DNA of 64,000 bases from Lepidodermella squamata. Taxonomy: Eukaryota; Animalia; Gastrotricha. Below are positions 1 through 12,966 of this stretch, piece after piece. The notes under the pieces were generated by a model, which had not been told where the DNA came from, did not search any database, and was given only the letters and a program-made list of their open reading frames with translations. The first letter of the stretch is position 1. Each line of letters starts with the position of its first letter. The stretch covers positions 2,356,001 to 2,420,000 of the forward strand of contig JBLDXI010000032.1 in NCBI GenBank assembly GCA_047495785.1, given 5' to 3'. A program made the position numbers and the translations under genes.

Positions 1-3000
1 GGTGTAGCAGCTTTGCTTGCAGGTTTAACGGGTTCTTTGGCTAAAAGGTTCAATTTAATTTTGCTCAAAAATTTATTTCTAAGAAAATTGAAAGACGAGC
101 CAGCTCAAATTAGGATTGGTAGCACGAGGTAGCACGAGCACAGTAGCACGAGGAAACTTAGGAAACACTATAAGGAAATTTTGAATTTGTTTTCAGGTTC
201 GGGGATAAGAAGAGGCGAAACGAAGCTTGAGAAGAGCTTGAAGTTGAAGTGATTTCTACTGGCAGAATAAAGGAACGCGCGAAGTCAAGCAGTAGTAATA
301 CCTGTTTTACCTGTGATTAAGCAATTACGTTCCAGGCTTTATTTACGCATCTAATTTCTACATTGCTACTTGCTACCTGACGTTTTCGCTGTTGTTGTCC
401 TGGATTCAGTTTCGTCATCCGACGACTCTTCGACCTTCGGTTTTTTCGGACTTGCAGCCTTTTTAGCTGACACAAGGAGTGGTGAAATTAATTTTCAATG
501 AAAAATTGCAGTCCAAAAATGTTATATAGCTGAAAAATAACTTTCTCGCTTCTACCCTAGAAACCTACACTGTGCGGGTGCTTGCTTCGCACTAGGTTTG
601 GCGGCCGATTTTGAAGCTTCAGTTTCTGTTTCTGTCTCGGTTGTATCAGTCGTTACCGTTGTACCCGTAGTAGCTCTCGAAGTTGCTGCTTTACTACTCG
701 TAGCTGCCGTAGTAGGAGCTGTTGTTGATGGTGGCGGTCTATCGAAAAATCATTTTTCAGGATAATTCGAAAATTAGTTCAGATTTTTTCAGTTTCCAAA
801 TCAAAAATCAAAGGCCGAAAATTAGCTGGCCAACTTTTAACGTGAACATTTTATTTCAAAATGAAATCAAAGCAAGCAAAGGAAAAATCTACGTCGATAA
901 AAATTAGGCAAATTGGCAAGGTAAAAAAGCTTGGCGAAACGGGTTCAGCATATGCAAAATATCACAATTCGCAAGGACAATAACAAAATAATTTTCTTCG
1001 CATTTTGATTTGAATAATAGACCGTTACAACAATAAAATCTCAGTCTTCACGCATGGCGTTATCACAGTTTGATTAGAATTTCGAAAAACAACATGAAAT
1101 AATGTGTACCTATCCAGACAAATTTGCGTAATGCCGATAGCTTCAAAAAATAATAACTACTCAATGTTGAACTATAATTCTCATTCAGGAGCATCTAATT
1201 GCCTTCTGTTGGACGTTTTACTAACAGTGCTTTTTTGTCGCTCTTCAACTTTTTGTTCATCCGTCTCGGGTTCCCGCGTCTCTACTGGCTTTTCTTCATC
1301 TTCCTTCTCCCTAAAAGATTCAGGCTCTTCTACAACCGGCTCGTGGTCAGCATGCTGGAATGGGCGGGTAAAACTACCAAAATCTTCGTTATCATTAGTT
1401 AAGGCGGCTAAAGAAGAGGTTAGGAAAACGTTCTCAGTATCGTAGGCTTCAATTCTGTCTATCGCACTGCGGTGCCAGTTGATCAGTCTCTGCTTCGACC
1501 TTTCCCACCTGAATAAGAAGCAGAACAAAATATAAGAGGCATGAAATGAAAATTTGCAACAAAAAATGATTAATGCAAATAAAATATATAAACTACGGCT
1601 TGACTGACAACATAAATACGCACCAATCAATCATCATTATCATAGCTAAATAAGCAAGCAAAAAATGAAAAAGGCGTGGCTTTAAAATCTTTTGCTATGG
1701 TAAAAACGTACTTGTTCCCTTCAGCAGCGTGGAGCCGATCAGCTGGAAGCGCTGATTTCGAATCTGCTATCGGCGGCCGGAGTTGTGAAGGCGGTATCTT
1801 ATCCTTGGAAACTTTTTCAAGAGCGCCACGCAACGTTTTGACTTCTTGCTGTAAGTTTGTGACGTCATCAACTCGCTGAAAAATGGATAAATAAAATTAG
1901 CCTAGAAACCAATAGGCTCTCGAAGTCAATACCATGACTTGCTCATCACCAATTTTGCTTTGGGTCTGAGTTCGAAGACCTTGAACCATCTCTTTGAGCC
2001 GCCTAATTTCATTTTCGGCCTGGAAAAAACGGGAAATATTAAAATACCTGTCAAATCAGAACAGCACATCATTACGCGAAATTAATAAAAATTCATAATT
2101 CACGTGCATTTCTCTAATAACGTCAACTATCAATCGTCTATAACACTTTATATAAATGAAAATGAACTCAACGGGTTTACAATATCCGGGACATCAAACT
2201 TACGTTTGTTGATTCACGGTTCAATTTGGTCTAATTATAATTGATTATTAATGATTACCGACAAGACTTCTAAGCTGCGGACTACGGTTTCCCTTCTTCT
2301 GAGGCGAATTCCACGAAATTAAAACGTACCAATGCTACCGCTACATTGACATCAGCTCCGCCTTTAGATTCTAGGCCAGCTATTTCGTTGATCATTTGCT
2401 TCAAATTGTTGATCTCGTCCGTTCGATTATCGCGTTCGTAATCAATTTTTTCGCGAAGCTCGCCGTCGTTTCGAACAACCGTATGCGATAAGTTGTTGAA
2501 CTAAATTATCAGATTTGAATTCGAGTAAAAAATGAGAGCGAGATTTACATTTTCATTCGAGGCTTTCACATCCCGCTCCAAAACCTTGACTTGTCCCGAT
2601 AGTTGGCCTACTCTTCGATCCAAATCGCCAAGGCTTGCTGTCATTGCCTTCTGGGAGTCAGTTATCTGCCTCTGGACTTGGTTCTTAAGCTGCAAGATTC
2701 ACATATTCGAGATTAATTTTCATATATTCAAACAATCGAAAGCGCGTCAAATAAAAATTTGGCCATTCATGAACGCATTTGTGATGCTACCTCCTCACCT
2801 CATTTTGCAACTATTCGAGTTTTCACATGAAAAATACAAAAACAAGTTAGTCTCCCGCTGAAATGTGTGATGGATCAACCGAGGATCAGCGAGCAACTCA
2901 AGATTTAGTACAAAATTATACAAATTTATAAATAAATTAGGATCTTATAATCGAACTAAAATTGTGTAAGCTTTGCGGGTCTTTTTGTGATTGGGTTTGA

Positions 3001-4694
3001 TACCGATTTTTTAAACGCATCCATGTCGATTTTAGTTCGAGTTGTTCGGTCGTAAACATCAGGCCTCTCGCTAGGCGACTCACGATCATCATCGTAAGGC
3101 TCATCTTTCGGCCGCCGGGCTGTTTCTTTGGCAGGGGAAACATCCTTTGTAGGGGTCCTGACCTTCGGGATGGCAGGACCCGCATCCGCTGCTCTCAGTG
3201 CTTGATTTGCTATCTCAGCCGATTCACTTGCCATTTCTTGTGCGTATTTTAGCTGATTTTTTCGATAAAACATTACAATTTACACCGATTTTTAAAATAA
3301 TTAATTCAGCCTTAAATGCTGGTTTAGAGACTCAACTAAGGCAGTCAGTGACGGGAAAAAATTTAGCAAGATGAAAATAGTCATTTCAGGGCATTTTTTC
3401 TTGAATTTTACCTGTTGTTCCAGCACTTCCATCTGGCTCGAAAGACCTTGAATATTTTCTTGCAAGCTCTGTTGAAGGTTCAGCAATTTGTGGTCAAGGC
3501 TATTGATGCGGTCATGCAGTTCTTTGAAAGTGTTCTTCCGAGCCGTTATTTCAGCCGCCAATATTTTATCCACTTGTTTGCGCGTATTTTCCAAATGTTT
3601 GTCAACCAAATTGATAGCTTCATCCAGCTTTAAAAGCGAGGCGCCATATTTGTTCCGTTCACTGCGAATAATATCTTTTATAGCTTTCATCTCATCCTCA
3701 TGGCCGCGTCTTATTAGGTCAATCTTTTTATCAGCCTCTTCAACGATCAGCTTTTCCTTCAAAATTCGATCAACATGTTCGGCCTCGACGACTTTTTCAA
3801 TGTTGACAAAACGCGTTTGCATTTCATCCCGAATGCGAAGTTCGTTCGCTAAAATGCGCTTTGTCACTTCCTCCGCGATTTCGCTGACTCGAACTTGAAG
3901 CCGCTGACGATCTTGGTCCATAGCGCGTTCACGCTCGGCTTGGGCAGCTTCAAATTGCCGCACAACCTCCTCGCGGCGCCGATTCTGTTCAACAATCGCG
4001 GCTGCTAAATCCGTGATTTTCGCGGCAATATTCTGCTCCATGCTACGCCGATCAGCAGTTTCAGCGTCAACTCTCTGCCTAACAATCATGGCGATTTCTC
4101 GCAACTCAGCGATTCTACCCTCAATCTGGCTTCTCATCTGCGCTGATTGGTAATCCTGAACATCTGTTTGTTGGGTAGTTTTTTTCAAAACCTCAAGTAA
4201 CGCTCGATTATCGTTATCATGCTGCGACGTTTTGTGGCGCAGTTCGCCGACAATGGTCGATAAATCAACAGATTGTGAATCGTATTTGAACTTGAGATTT
4301 CGCAATTCATCCTGCAGGGTGACGACTTGTTGCTCGAGCCGATCGCGGCCAACAGCCATTTCGTCGAGTTGCGTCTTCAACTCGGCAATTCGCTGAACTT
4401 GAAAATCTTTCCGGGTTAGCACGTCCTTTTGCGTAGATTGCACCGTCGCGTCCAGGGTGCGTGAATGATTCGCGTAGGACATGAGTTGATCGCGACTTTC
4501 AGCGATTCTGTCCTCGGCTCGTTGCATTCGAGACATGAGTTGGTTGATGGTGTCTTGCGCGTTATGCGTGACCGACTCGCTTTGCGCGCGTATGTTGCGC
4601 TCTTCGCTCAAAAACCGCTCGTGGCGGTCCAAAATCATGCGAATATCATTTTGAAATCGCAAAAACTCGTCGACCAACGAGCGGCTGGTTTTTT
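1..4694 (-). CDS. CCDC154-like coiled-coil protein, multi-exon, with alternative last exons; 5' end unresolved and 3' end runs off the window
   Basis: Phase-consistent GT-AG exons: 4694-3412, then 3252-2956 (stop) or 2689-2549, 2500-2330, 2019-1933, ~1875-1712, then 1508-1181 (stop) or 738-569 (Thr/Ala/Lys-rich) and onward. The long heptad protein has segments (RVDAETADRR, KQVDKILAAEITAR) resembling the CCDC154 family; the family call is from memory. Confidence 0.65.
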
Positions 4695-5033
4695 CTGGAA
4701 AACAAAATTATGGCATTAAATCATCTTCAATGCCAGATGAATAATAAGAATAATAACTATAGGAGGTCACTGGGAACACTTGCGACGGCGGGTAAATATA
4801 TACCTAGCCAGTAAGAAGACGTGAGCGTGAGCAACTTTTATTTGCCACCTTGTTTATCTGTAGAATTAAAGCTCGCAAAATACAGGCGTAACAGCGGTGG
4901 AATCTTGCACCCTCAGTGACCTCTGCAATTCGTGCCCAGACAGCGTACACAAGTACAAAATTAGAGCAAACTTTTGACGTAAAATTTTTATATCCCTGGA
5001 TTTGCTACTTCGGTTCAAAATTACCTGATAAAA

Positions 5034-5629
5034 ATGCTGTTTAAATGTTTAGTGTTAACATTAGCTCTTCATATATCGATTTGTCTCGGTATTTTCGATC
5101 ATTTTAAAATTATGAGATAAATTGCAACAATTATTTTCAGCCCTTCGCTGCTATGAAGGCTCCTCTTATGATGGTAAATTCCCCACCAACGCGACAGTTC
5201 AATTCAACTGCACGTCATGCGCGGTATGGCAGAAAACTAAAAATGTTGCACATTGACGTTCATTTCGTTTTAGTCTTCAAAAATGGAGCACTACTTGTAC
5301 TCATTTGTGACTTATCAATGGTCGTGCCAACGCGGGCCTCCGAATGCACCCCCGGTCCCAGAGTCGCAGTGTGCCACTATGACGATGGAAACAGCTGATA
5401 AGGGCAAAACTTATTCTCAGGTAAGAAAAATTATTCATATTATTCAATCAATATTTCCCACGTATATATCACCGTTTTTCAGGCTATGTGTCAGTGTTGT
5501 GATGATCTGTGCAACAAAATTCAGTGCCGTGCATGGAATCAACCGAGTCGGCTCAGCAATTCCTCTACCCGTGTTCCTATCTCAGGAATATTTTTCTTCA
5601 TTGGACTAATCACATATTTTTTCTGTTGA
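5034..5629 (+). CDS. Ly6/uPAR (three-finger) domain protein, predicted GPI-anchored
   Basis: Exons 5034-5088, 5141-5223, 5274-5420, 5483-5629 splice in frame. The product has a signal peptide MLFKCLVLTLALHISICLA, an LRCY start, a C-terminal CQCCDDLCN motif and a hydrophobic tail ISGIFFFIGLITYFFC. Confidence 0.8.
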
Positions 5630-5922
5630 AGAAAAAACTTTATAGCCAAGCCGAAGATATGCGTAATGCTGGAAAAATGCTCTATTTTGTATTGTCAAAT
5701 ACCAGTAATTTCCGCTCCGCTGATTAATCTTTCCAACCTGACATGAAAAAGAAAACCTCGTCTACTCACCACATGCCAATAAATTTTCAGATAACATGTA
5801 AATTGGTTTGATCACGCAATGTCATTCGTCAAATGCACATTTCACCTGAAATTGGCACAGATTCTTAGCTCGGTAAAAAACGTTGAATTTAAACAATCCT
5901 CTTAGTTTCAATAGAAAGTATA

Positions 5923-6775
5923 ATGGTGCTATGCAATCTCTTCTTGTTACAAGTTATCTTCGCCATTTCATCCGTTCAAGGCAGATTTATGATAAACATT
6001 TTAGCCAGGTTTTACTTGAAATTTTTGACAGGTGCTACCGAATACCCTTGCAGAGAAATGGCCGACTTCATTGTGAAATCAGCGATTGATAACAATGCAT
6101 CGGTGAGTGCGCTCTGCTACAGAGCAACTGCCTTAATCATATGAACGATTTAGTTACCAACGAGAGCTCCGGAAAACGATAATATCCCGCGCGCATTGTG
6201 GGAGCGGGTCATTTCTGGGCTTCGGAGGCAAATGAATATCTCCCGAGGGGATTGGGATCCCCCAGGCAGAAATTTTTCGCGTGGCCCGTGGGAGCGAGGA
6301 GACTTCAACTTTACCCGACCAATGCAAGGCGGTCCTATGGTTTTACCGATGCCGATGATGCCATCAGTTGTAATGCCACCTATGGCACCTATGGCACCTA
6401 TGGCTCCGAACTTCACAAGACCTGGGCCACCGGGACTTCAAGGTGGTCCTGATTTCCAGGGCGGGCAATTCGTCGCTGTTCCTTTTGGTCAGTGGAATAA
6501 CACAATACCTGACGTGAGATCAGCTTGCTCATTATTAACAATTCTTATTACCTGTTTCATTTTTCTCATAGCGTGATAAAATGCAAGACGCAAAATGCAC
6601 CTGTTCCGTTTTCCTGGACGCTTCGAAATTGATCATCGGTAATAACATGCAAGACCTCGTTGCAAATAGCCCTTACAGCCTTTGCATTCAAAAAGACAAC
6701 TCTGCGCCGCAAATGTTCACCTCGGAATTTTTTGTGATAATTTTGAGTTTTGCCCTGATCATGTCTTGTCCGTGA
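5923..6775 (+). CDS. Uncharacterised secreted, probably GPI-anchored protein with a Met/Pro-rich centre
   Basis: Signal peptide MVLCNLFLLQVIFAISSVQ; in-frame introns 6103-6153 and 6514-6571; (PMA)n tract; hydrophobic C-terminus FFVIILSFALIMSCP. Confidence 0.65.
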
Positions 6776-6829
6776 CGTTTTTCTATGACTCCTGCTATCC
6801 TAATTTATATTTAATGTGACTTGGTTTTC

Positions 6830-8349
6830 TCACCAGATTAAGGGATCGGCTAAAACATTGTCTAATAAACCTGTAGTTTGTAGTCGATTGTCGATGAGAG
6901 CATATCTATCACCAGCAGCAAGCGGGTCGGCAAACGCTGCACTAGAGTAAGCCAGTTTAGATGCAGGTCCGCCTGGATATATATTTGCTAGCAATTGATC
7001 GGCGGTTGAATGCGGCACGAGGGCTGTATTGTTAGCACCTCCAATCGATGGCAAGGGAGGGTATCTTGAAGGAAGAGGACCTCTGATTTCGTTGAAATAC
7101 GAATTGGATCAAGAAAATAAATAATTATTAATTAAACCTACGATAAAGCGACTAAAGCTCTATCCATATTGTTATCGTTTGGTCCGTAGTCCTGTTGATC
7201 GGAGTTTTCTGCATACAATGGATTGTTATTGCTTGAGCTAGATCCGGGACGATTTAGAGAGTTTCCACGCTGCGTCGCGATTATAAATAACAGTTCGAGC
7301 GCAAAAAATTAACAACATACCCCCAAAGGTGAATCAGTGACTCTGCCTAATGGTATCTGATAGGGTGCAGCTTGCCGATTATTAAATTGGCGATTCCTGC
7401 TGTCAGTAGAAGCCTGAAAAATAACCGGCAAAAAGGTTCAAAAAGGCCATCGAGATTATTCTGATAACAAAATGGAGGTCGAGTAAATTCCAGAGCATGC
7501 GAACTCATATAAAATCAAACAAAGTTGATGCAGTGCAATCAGGTGTCATCATCCAAATGGGGGATAAAGAAATGTACGAAACGAATAAACCAAATATCAA
7601 CGAGAATATTAATGCAACCGAAAAACCTGTGGGCCCTCATCGGATAAAAAGGCTGGAAAACAGCGAAATGAAGTTTTAGTCGAGAAGAAACGAAATTCAT
7701 TGATTCAATGCATAAATGAAATTCTAAGTGCTATAGATCGAACAAGACTTCCCAAATGCTGATATTTCTGCTTGAATTAGGTACAATTCTTACCTTGTTT
7801 GACAGGACCACGTCTAGCCATCAAATTGAAGTCCAGCAGATTAAATGCCTACGCAAAAGAATATAAACAGAATCAATACAATTATTTGAATAGGGTATCA
7901 TCTAGACGATAATGTTGAGTGACAAACAAGTTATCCACCGTGATCCATACTCAATCTAACATTATCTTTTATTTTTTCGCATAGCTCGTACAGGCCTATG
8001 ATGGCACAGATTTCCCAGGATTGCTCCAGCCCTAAAAGTTGAAGGAATAATTAACAATGCCTTTCATGCGAGATATTCGAGATTCCATATTGATGGGTGG
8101 GGTCAGCGAAGAGGTGACTGCCACAAAATTCGTGTAGCAAATGACACCCACGATAGAATATAGAATACATGCAACCTCAAGCAGAAATTGAGAACTCGAA
8201 TTATCTGGTGAAATCATACTCTGTAACTATGGCCAACAGTTCCAATGGAGGGAGAAAGCGAGCCCTAACAATTCGCAATTCACATTTTTGGTAATTTTAA
8301 GTACAAAAAAACAAGTAATGAAAATAGCCGAAGAGAATAAGCTTAGCGC
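6830..8349 (-). CDS. Uncharacterised multi-exon gene, possibly a membrane protein with a low-complexity tail
   Basis: The three 3' exons (about 7413-7321, 7269-7142, 7082-6830) splice in consistent phase. Upstream hydrophobic segments at about 8050-8350 could not be spliced unambiguously. Confidence 0.45.
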
Positions 8350-8982
8350 CTAAATAGAAGCGTAAAAAACAGACGAAATGCTAGAAATCTTGAGCTCCTT
8401 ATGATAAGTCGATTCTCGCAGTCATGCCAAGCGGGTCAAGCAGCTGTGGAGGTCAACATGTCATTACCAAAGACGCTTAACGCTAATTAAACTGAATTTA
8501 TTGCATTATTGTTTATAAATATTTTCATAGGTGGTAAGTAATTTTTCAAGTTTTATGCGTGAAATGCAATATTTAAAATTATGCGCCGTTTTTTTGTGCG
8601 AGTTGACGAGGTGTCAAAAGGTGTCGAGAGGTGTTTTTTGTTTCCGGTTCATTCCGGCCTGCCGCGTGCCGCGTTGACCCATTAAACACCTTAGATCTTA
8701 GAGCTATCAGCCACCTTTCACTTTTTTCTTGTATCTTGCCGATTGAAACTGAAAAATGTTGAGGATTGTGGACCATTTTCATCTCATCTTCAGCCTTCCG
8801 CTATCCGATATCCGATCATCTGGTGCGTCTTGACTGAGATACTTTTCGCCGCGCACCGAGCGTGAGCAATAGAGATTATTTGAAATATATAGGGAATTAT
8901 AAGGATGCCAACATTTTGATCGTCAATCACCAAGGTTAATGGCGGCGCCCCGTCACAGCTTGTGGCGATTGGCGATGAGCGG

Positions 8983-9257
8983 CTTAGTGGAACCAACGAA
9001 TCCACGAAATCGCTATTGGTTGGACTAAAATTTGTTGAAGCACGCGATTGGTTAGATTTTCCAGCATCTTGGCATGTTATTTCTTGAAAAGCAAAATAAA
9101 GTCTCAGAAAAACGCTGCTCGGTCACCACGAGTCGAACCCGGGAAATTCAGGTCAAGAAATAACACGCTATGATGCTGGAAAATCTAACCAATCGCGTGC
9201 CTCTACAAATTTTAGTCCAGCCAAAAGCGATTTTGTGGATTCGTTGGTTCCACTAAG
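8983..9257. mobile_element. Hairpin/MITE-like element with ~105-bp inverted arms
   Basis: 8983-9087 is the near-perfect reverse complement of 9153-9257; TA near both ends; the 65-bp spacer holds a B-box-like GGGTTCGACTC on the minus strand. Confidence 0.75.
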
Positions 9258-9860
9258 GGAGATCGATTTTAGCCCTTATCCGCATCCACGACCCACGACC
9301 AGCTACGGCAAGTGCTGTTACTAAAAGTCAGCGCCTCCTAGAATGAACTGTGGCGCTCTCAAGAAACTAAATGTAATGGGGACCAATCCGATTTTGGACG
9401 AGCCTATTTTCATTGAACTCGCCGATACGCCTATATCGATCGATCGAATTGGAGCTCGTACCGCTGGTCAATTGAGTTTTCTTCGCATATTTGTAGATGG
9501 TAGAGGGTAGCTAAAACTTTCAGATTTATTCAATCTTACTTTCTCCCGATGAGTATGACAATAAGCTTACTGACTCTTGGCTTTCTGTATTCTTTTCTCA
9601 TAGGATTAGGGTTTAGAATGAATAGGTCTAATGCTCTCTTAGAAATCACGAATTTATTGATGAACTGCCTGTTTTGAGTCAGACTAGATTAGGCTTCCTT
9701 TATCGCATCACAGATCATCAGATATTACAATTTTTACTACTCTGCTCTACATATACCTTCCGCTAGAATAATCATCCAGTCTAGAATTAAAAGTGAAAAT
9801 CATTCTTATGTGATAGGTTTTACGACCATCGTAGAAGGTGCAGTTTACTTCCTCCTTTCG

Positions 9861-10936
9861 ATGACGGGCAAGGATGGAAACGGTAAAATGATTGAAAAGA
9901 TTCAGTACACATTTAATGACTAATAACTGATTTAATTATATTAGCCTATCCTCCAACACGCGAGTCTTTCTTTGAATTTTGGGGCAATTATCAATTCCGG
10001 CGAAGCACGTTCAAGAGATGGCCGTATCAGAAAGAAGATAGCATTTGCCATCCAATATATGTAAGTTTTTTCGGCTATCATAGCTCTGGCTTCAACTCGT
10101 ATTATTTAGATGTCAATGGAATGGTGGAGGTCATCGGGCGATAGTGATGTGAGCTGTGTCATATGTCCGAAAGAGCTGGAAGGATGGGAGGAACAAGATC
10201 ATCCTTTGTAATACATTTTATATTTGAACTATCGGGCCATGATAATTTATATTTTGAATCATCAGCTTGGAGCACAAAAGACATTCGAAAGCCTGCCCGG
10301 TTGTTGTTGTTCATACTTTCTTACATAGCCTTTCAACTGAAGACCTTGAATCACTGCGCAGCGAAGCCAAGCTGAAAGAGGCTTACATGAAATGGGTTGA
10401 CAACATCGAAAACATTCCGTTGCCAACTGCGAACGCGTCCACCCCGGAATTAGCTCCATCTACTGTGGTAGCTAAAGGCAAGAAGGGTCGTGTCGCTAAG
10501 AAAGACGGTGCGCTCAAAACTGCAGTTAGCGCCAGAGACTTGATGGCTGCTGTCGAAACGGGCGATGGTGATTTGTTATCGCCGGACCCGAAAACTCAAA
10601 GAAAGCAGCCTCGGCGTCAGGTTTGCATTTTGAATTGATATTAACTATTAGTTTTGAACATTATTGGATAGGTGAAGCAAACCCTGCCGAAATCAGGCCT
10701 TAGTGCACCCAACCTGGCTACTGTTGTCAAGAAAACGATTTCTCGAGTGGACAAGGTGAGTATTTAGGGCTGTTGACAAACAAAAACCTCATTTTTGTGT
10801 CGATCAGATGACTATCAGCTACAGCGAGTTATGTGCCAGCCTCGAAACTATCGTCCAGTCCGATTCCCCGAAAAATCTCGCCCAGGCGCTACTGAAACGC
10901 GTGAGAGCCGCAGGCTGCGTAACCAATGACTCCTGA
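9861..10936 (+). CDS. BIRC5: Survivin-like single-BIR protein with a C-terminal extension
   Basis: Exons 9861-9882, 9945-10060, 10110-10207, 10266-10620, 10672-10755, 10808-10936 give RRSTFKRWP...CVIC PKELEGWEEQDHPFLEHKRHSKAC, with the BIR Zn ligands C, C, H, C. Confidence 0.8.
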
Positions 10937-11220
10937 AACGGTCCGGTGATAAGCTGTTGTGTAAATACGATGCGATAAGCTGGCGCTTACGCCTTTTCAC
11001 TAATTCTATGATGTGTATCTCATATTAAGCTTCGTTCATTTTTTATCCCGATGTCTTTTGACTTCTTGTCACATGCTAATTGTTGCAACTATCGTATAAG
11101 AATAAAGCTCGCACAGTTTTGTTACTTACTGGCGGCGTTCAGTCTTTTTGGTTGTCGGGCTACGCAAATACGCGTGACATGGTTGCGATAAGAATTTTAC
11201 GTGGTTGAGCTGTAGATAAA

Positions 11221-12966
11221 ATGGTGATACAAGAACCCGACGCAACCGGGAAGATAGCGCGCTTTGGTGGGTACATCGCTGCACTGCTGTAAAACAGCCT
11301 CAATTTCATCGACTCCACGCCGATTTGCCACGAGCTATATGGACCAATCCAAGGACGTCTTGGTTCATCATGATGAGAATGAACGATCGGTTGAGCCGAG
11401 TTTGGCCGATCAAAGGCGTTCGACCAGCGTAGCGCCACCGCCCATGAAACGCAAACGCTTACGGAAATTTTTGGCTTACGGTGTAATAGCCATGTTTCTT
11501 TTTTTGACCGGTGTTCAGTACGTGCTCATTCTTCCGACTGCTTTTGATTACGTCGTGAAACTTGGCGGCAACCATAACACTTATGGCCGTAAGTGATTGT
11601 TTGATATTAGCTAGCCTTGTTTTACATTTTTGCGGATATAGTTGTACTGGCATCGTTCAGTTTATCAGCACTTGTTTCGAACTTACTATTCGGATGGCTC
11701 GCTGATGGCAAAATGTCTGTTACGGTATATAATTTGCCTAGTTGAGAGATAGGTAGTAGACAAACTTCATTTGCGTAGATGGCAGCCACCATTTGCAATG
11801 TTTTCCTCATCGTCGGAAGTTTCATGTATTTCGTCGGCTACGAAGTGTGGTTCCTAATGCTTGCTCGATTTGTTGCGGGCGTTGGCACAGGAGCTGGCGC
11901 TTCATACTGGGCCGATCTTTCTCGAAATACGCCTGAAAATGAGAAAACGAAAGTGTTCTCAATCATCATGCTTTTCCGTCAACTTGGCATTGTAGTCGGT
12001 CCTGCTTTCAACATTTTGTTCGGCTATGTTTTCGACAAAGATCATCCGCAATATGAGTTGGGTCCTTTCACCCTAGATATCGGCTCTATTCCTGGCCTGT
12101 TTATGGCTGTGGTTTGGATAGTCATGCTCCTCTTCTGCATTTTCTGCTACACCGACTTAGAGTTGTTCCTCGAGAAGCCCATAAAGAGAGGTCCGCGGGC
12201 TTCAGCCGCCCCACCTGGCACTCTTAATACGGCGACAGACAGTGTATCGAACGTTGACATTGAGGCCAAGCTGGGAGAAAATTCACACTTGGTTCGGCGT
12301 TCGACATCTACTATTCCCCGGAAAAAGACCTTCAAAGACTACGTTTGGGCGATGGCGAAGGAAGATGTGTTGTGCCTCCAATTCGCTCTTTTCACGATGA
12401 GTTTTATCCAAACTGCTATCGAAGCCTTGCTTCCTCCGATGTCATTCGTTTACGTGCAGTGGGGTGAAGACCAAACTTCGTTGTGGTTTTTGATTTCCGG
12501 TATCGCTACCATTGTAATTTTCCTCCTGGTCTCCGGCCCGCTCACTCGGCTTTTCCACGATTATTGGCTGACCATGTTTGGCGTTTTCCTCGAATTGTTT
12601 TCATTCCCCTTCCTTATTGCTATGGCCTACGTCTGTCATACTTGCTGTGACAAACAACTGGGACGTTTGCAACCCAACGACCCGCTTGCAATGCCTTTGT
12701 TGTTGGCCGGCTTTGGTGTTAACACCTTGGGAATACCATTCATCGCCTCATGCACAGTTTCACTGTTTTCAAACGCGGTACCTGTCGAATTTCAAGGCAT
12801 GGCTCATGGCATTCGCAGGAGCTTGACATTCCTCGGATACTTGATAGGTCCGATCTGGGGAGGAGCCTACTTACCTTTACTTGGCATAAACTTCGCAGCT
12901 TTGTTGGCAATGTATGCGATAGCATTCGTTATGCTCCTATGGTCCAAAGATACTTTATTCCGATGA
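11221..12966 (+). CDS. MFS transporter, MFSD8/CLN7-like (start codon uncertain)
   Basis: Multiple TM segments; motifs ARFVAGVGTG and GIVVGPAF; short introns near 11589-11641 and 11726-11778. Confidence 0.75.

Noticed and set aside
120-153. Three copies of TAGCACGAG
   Set aside because: Short, probably intronic micro-repeat with no evident function.
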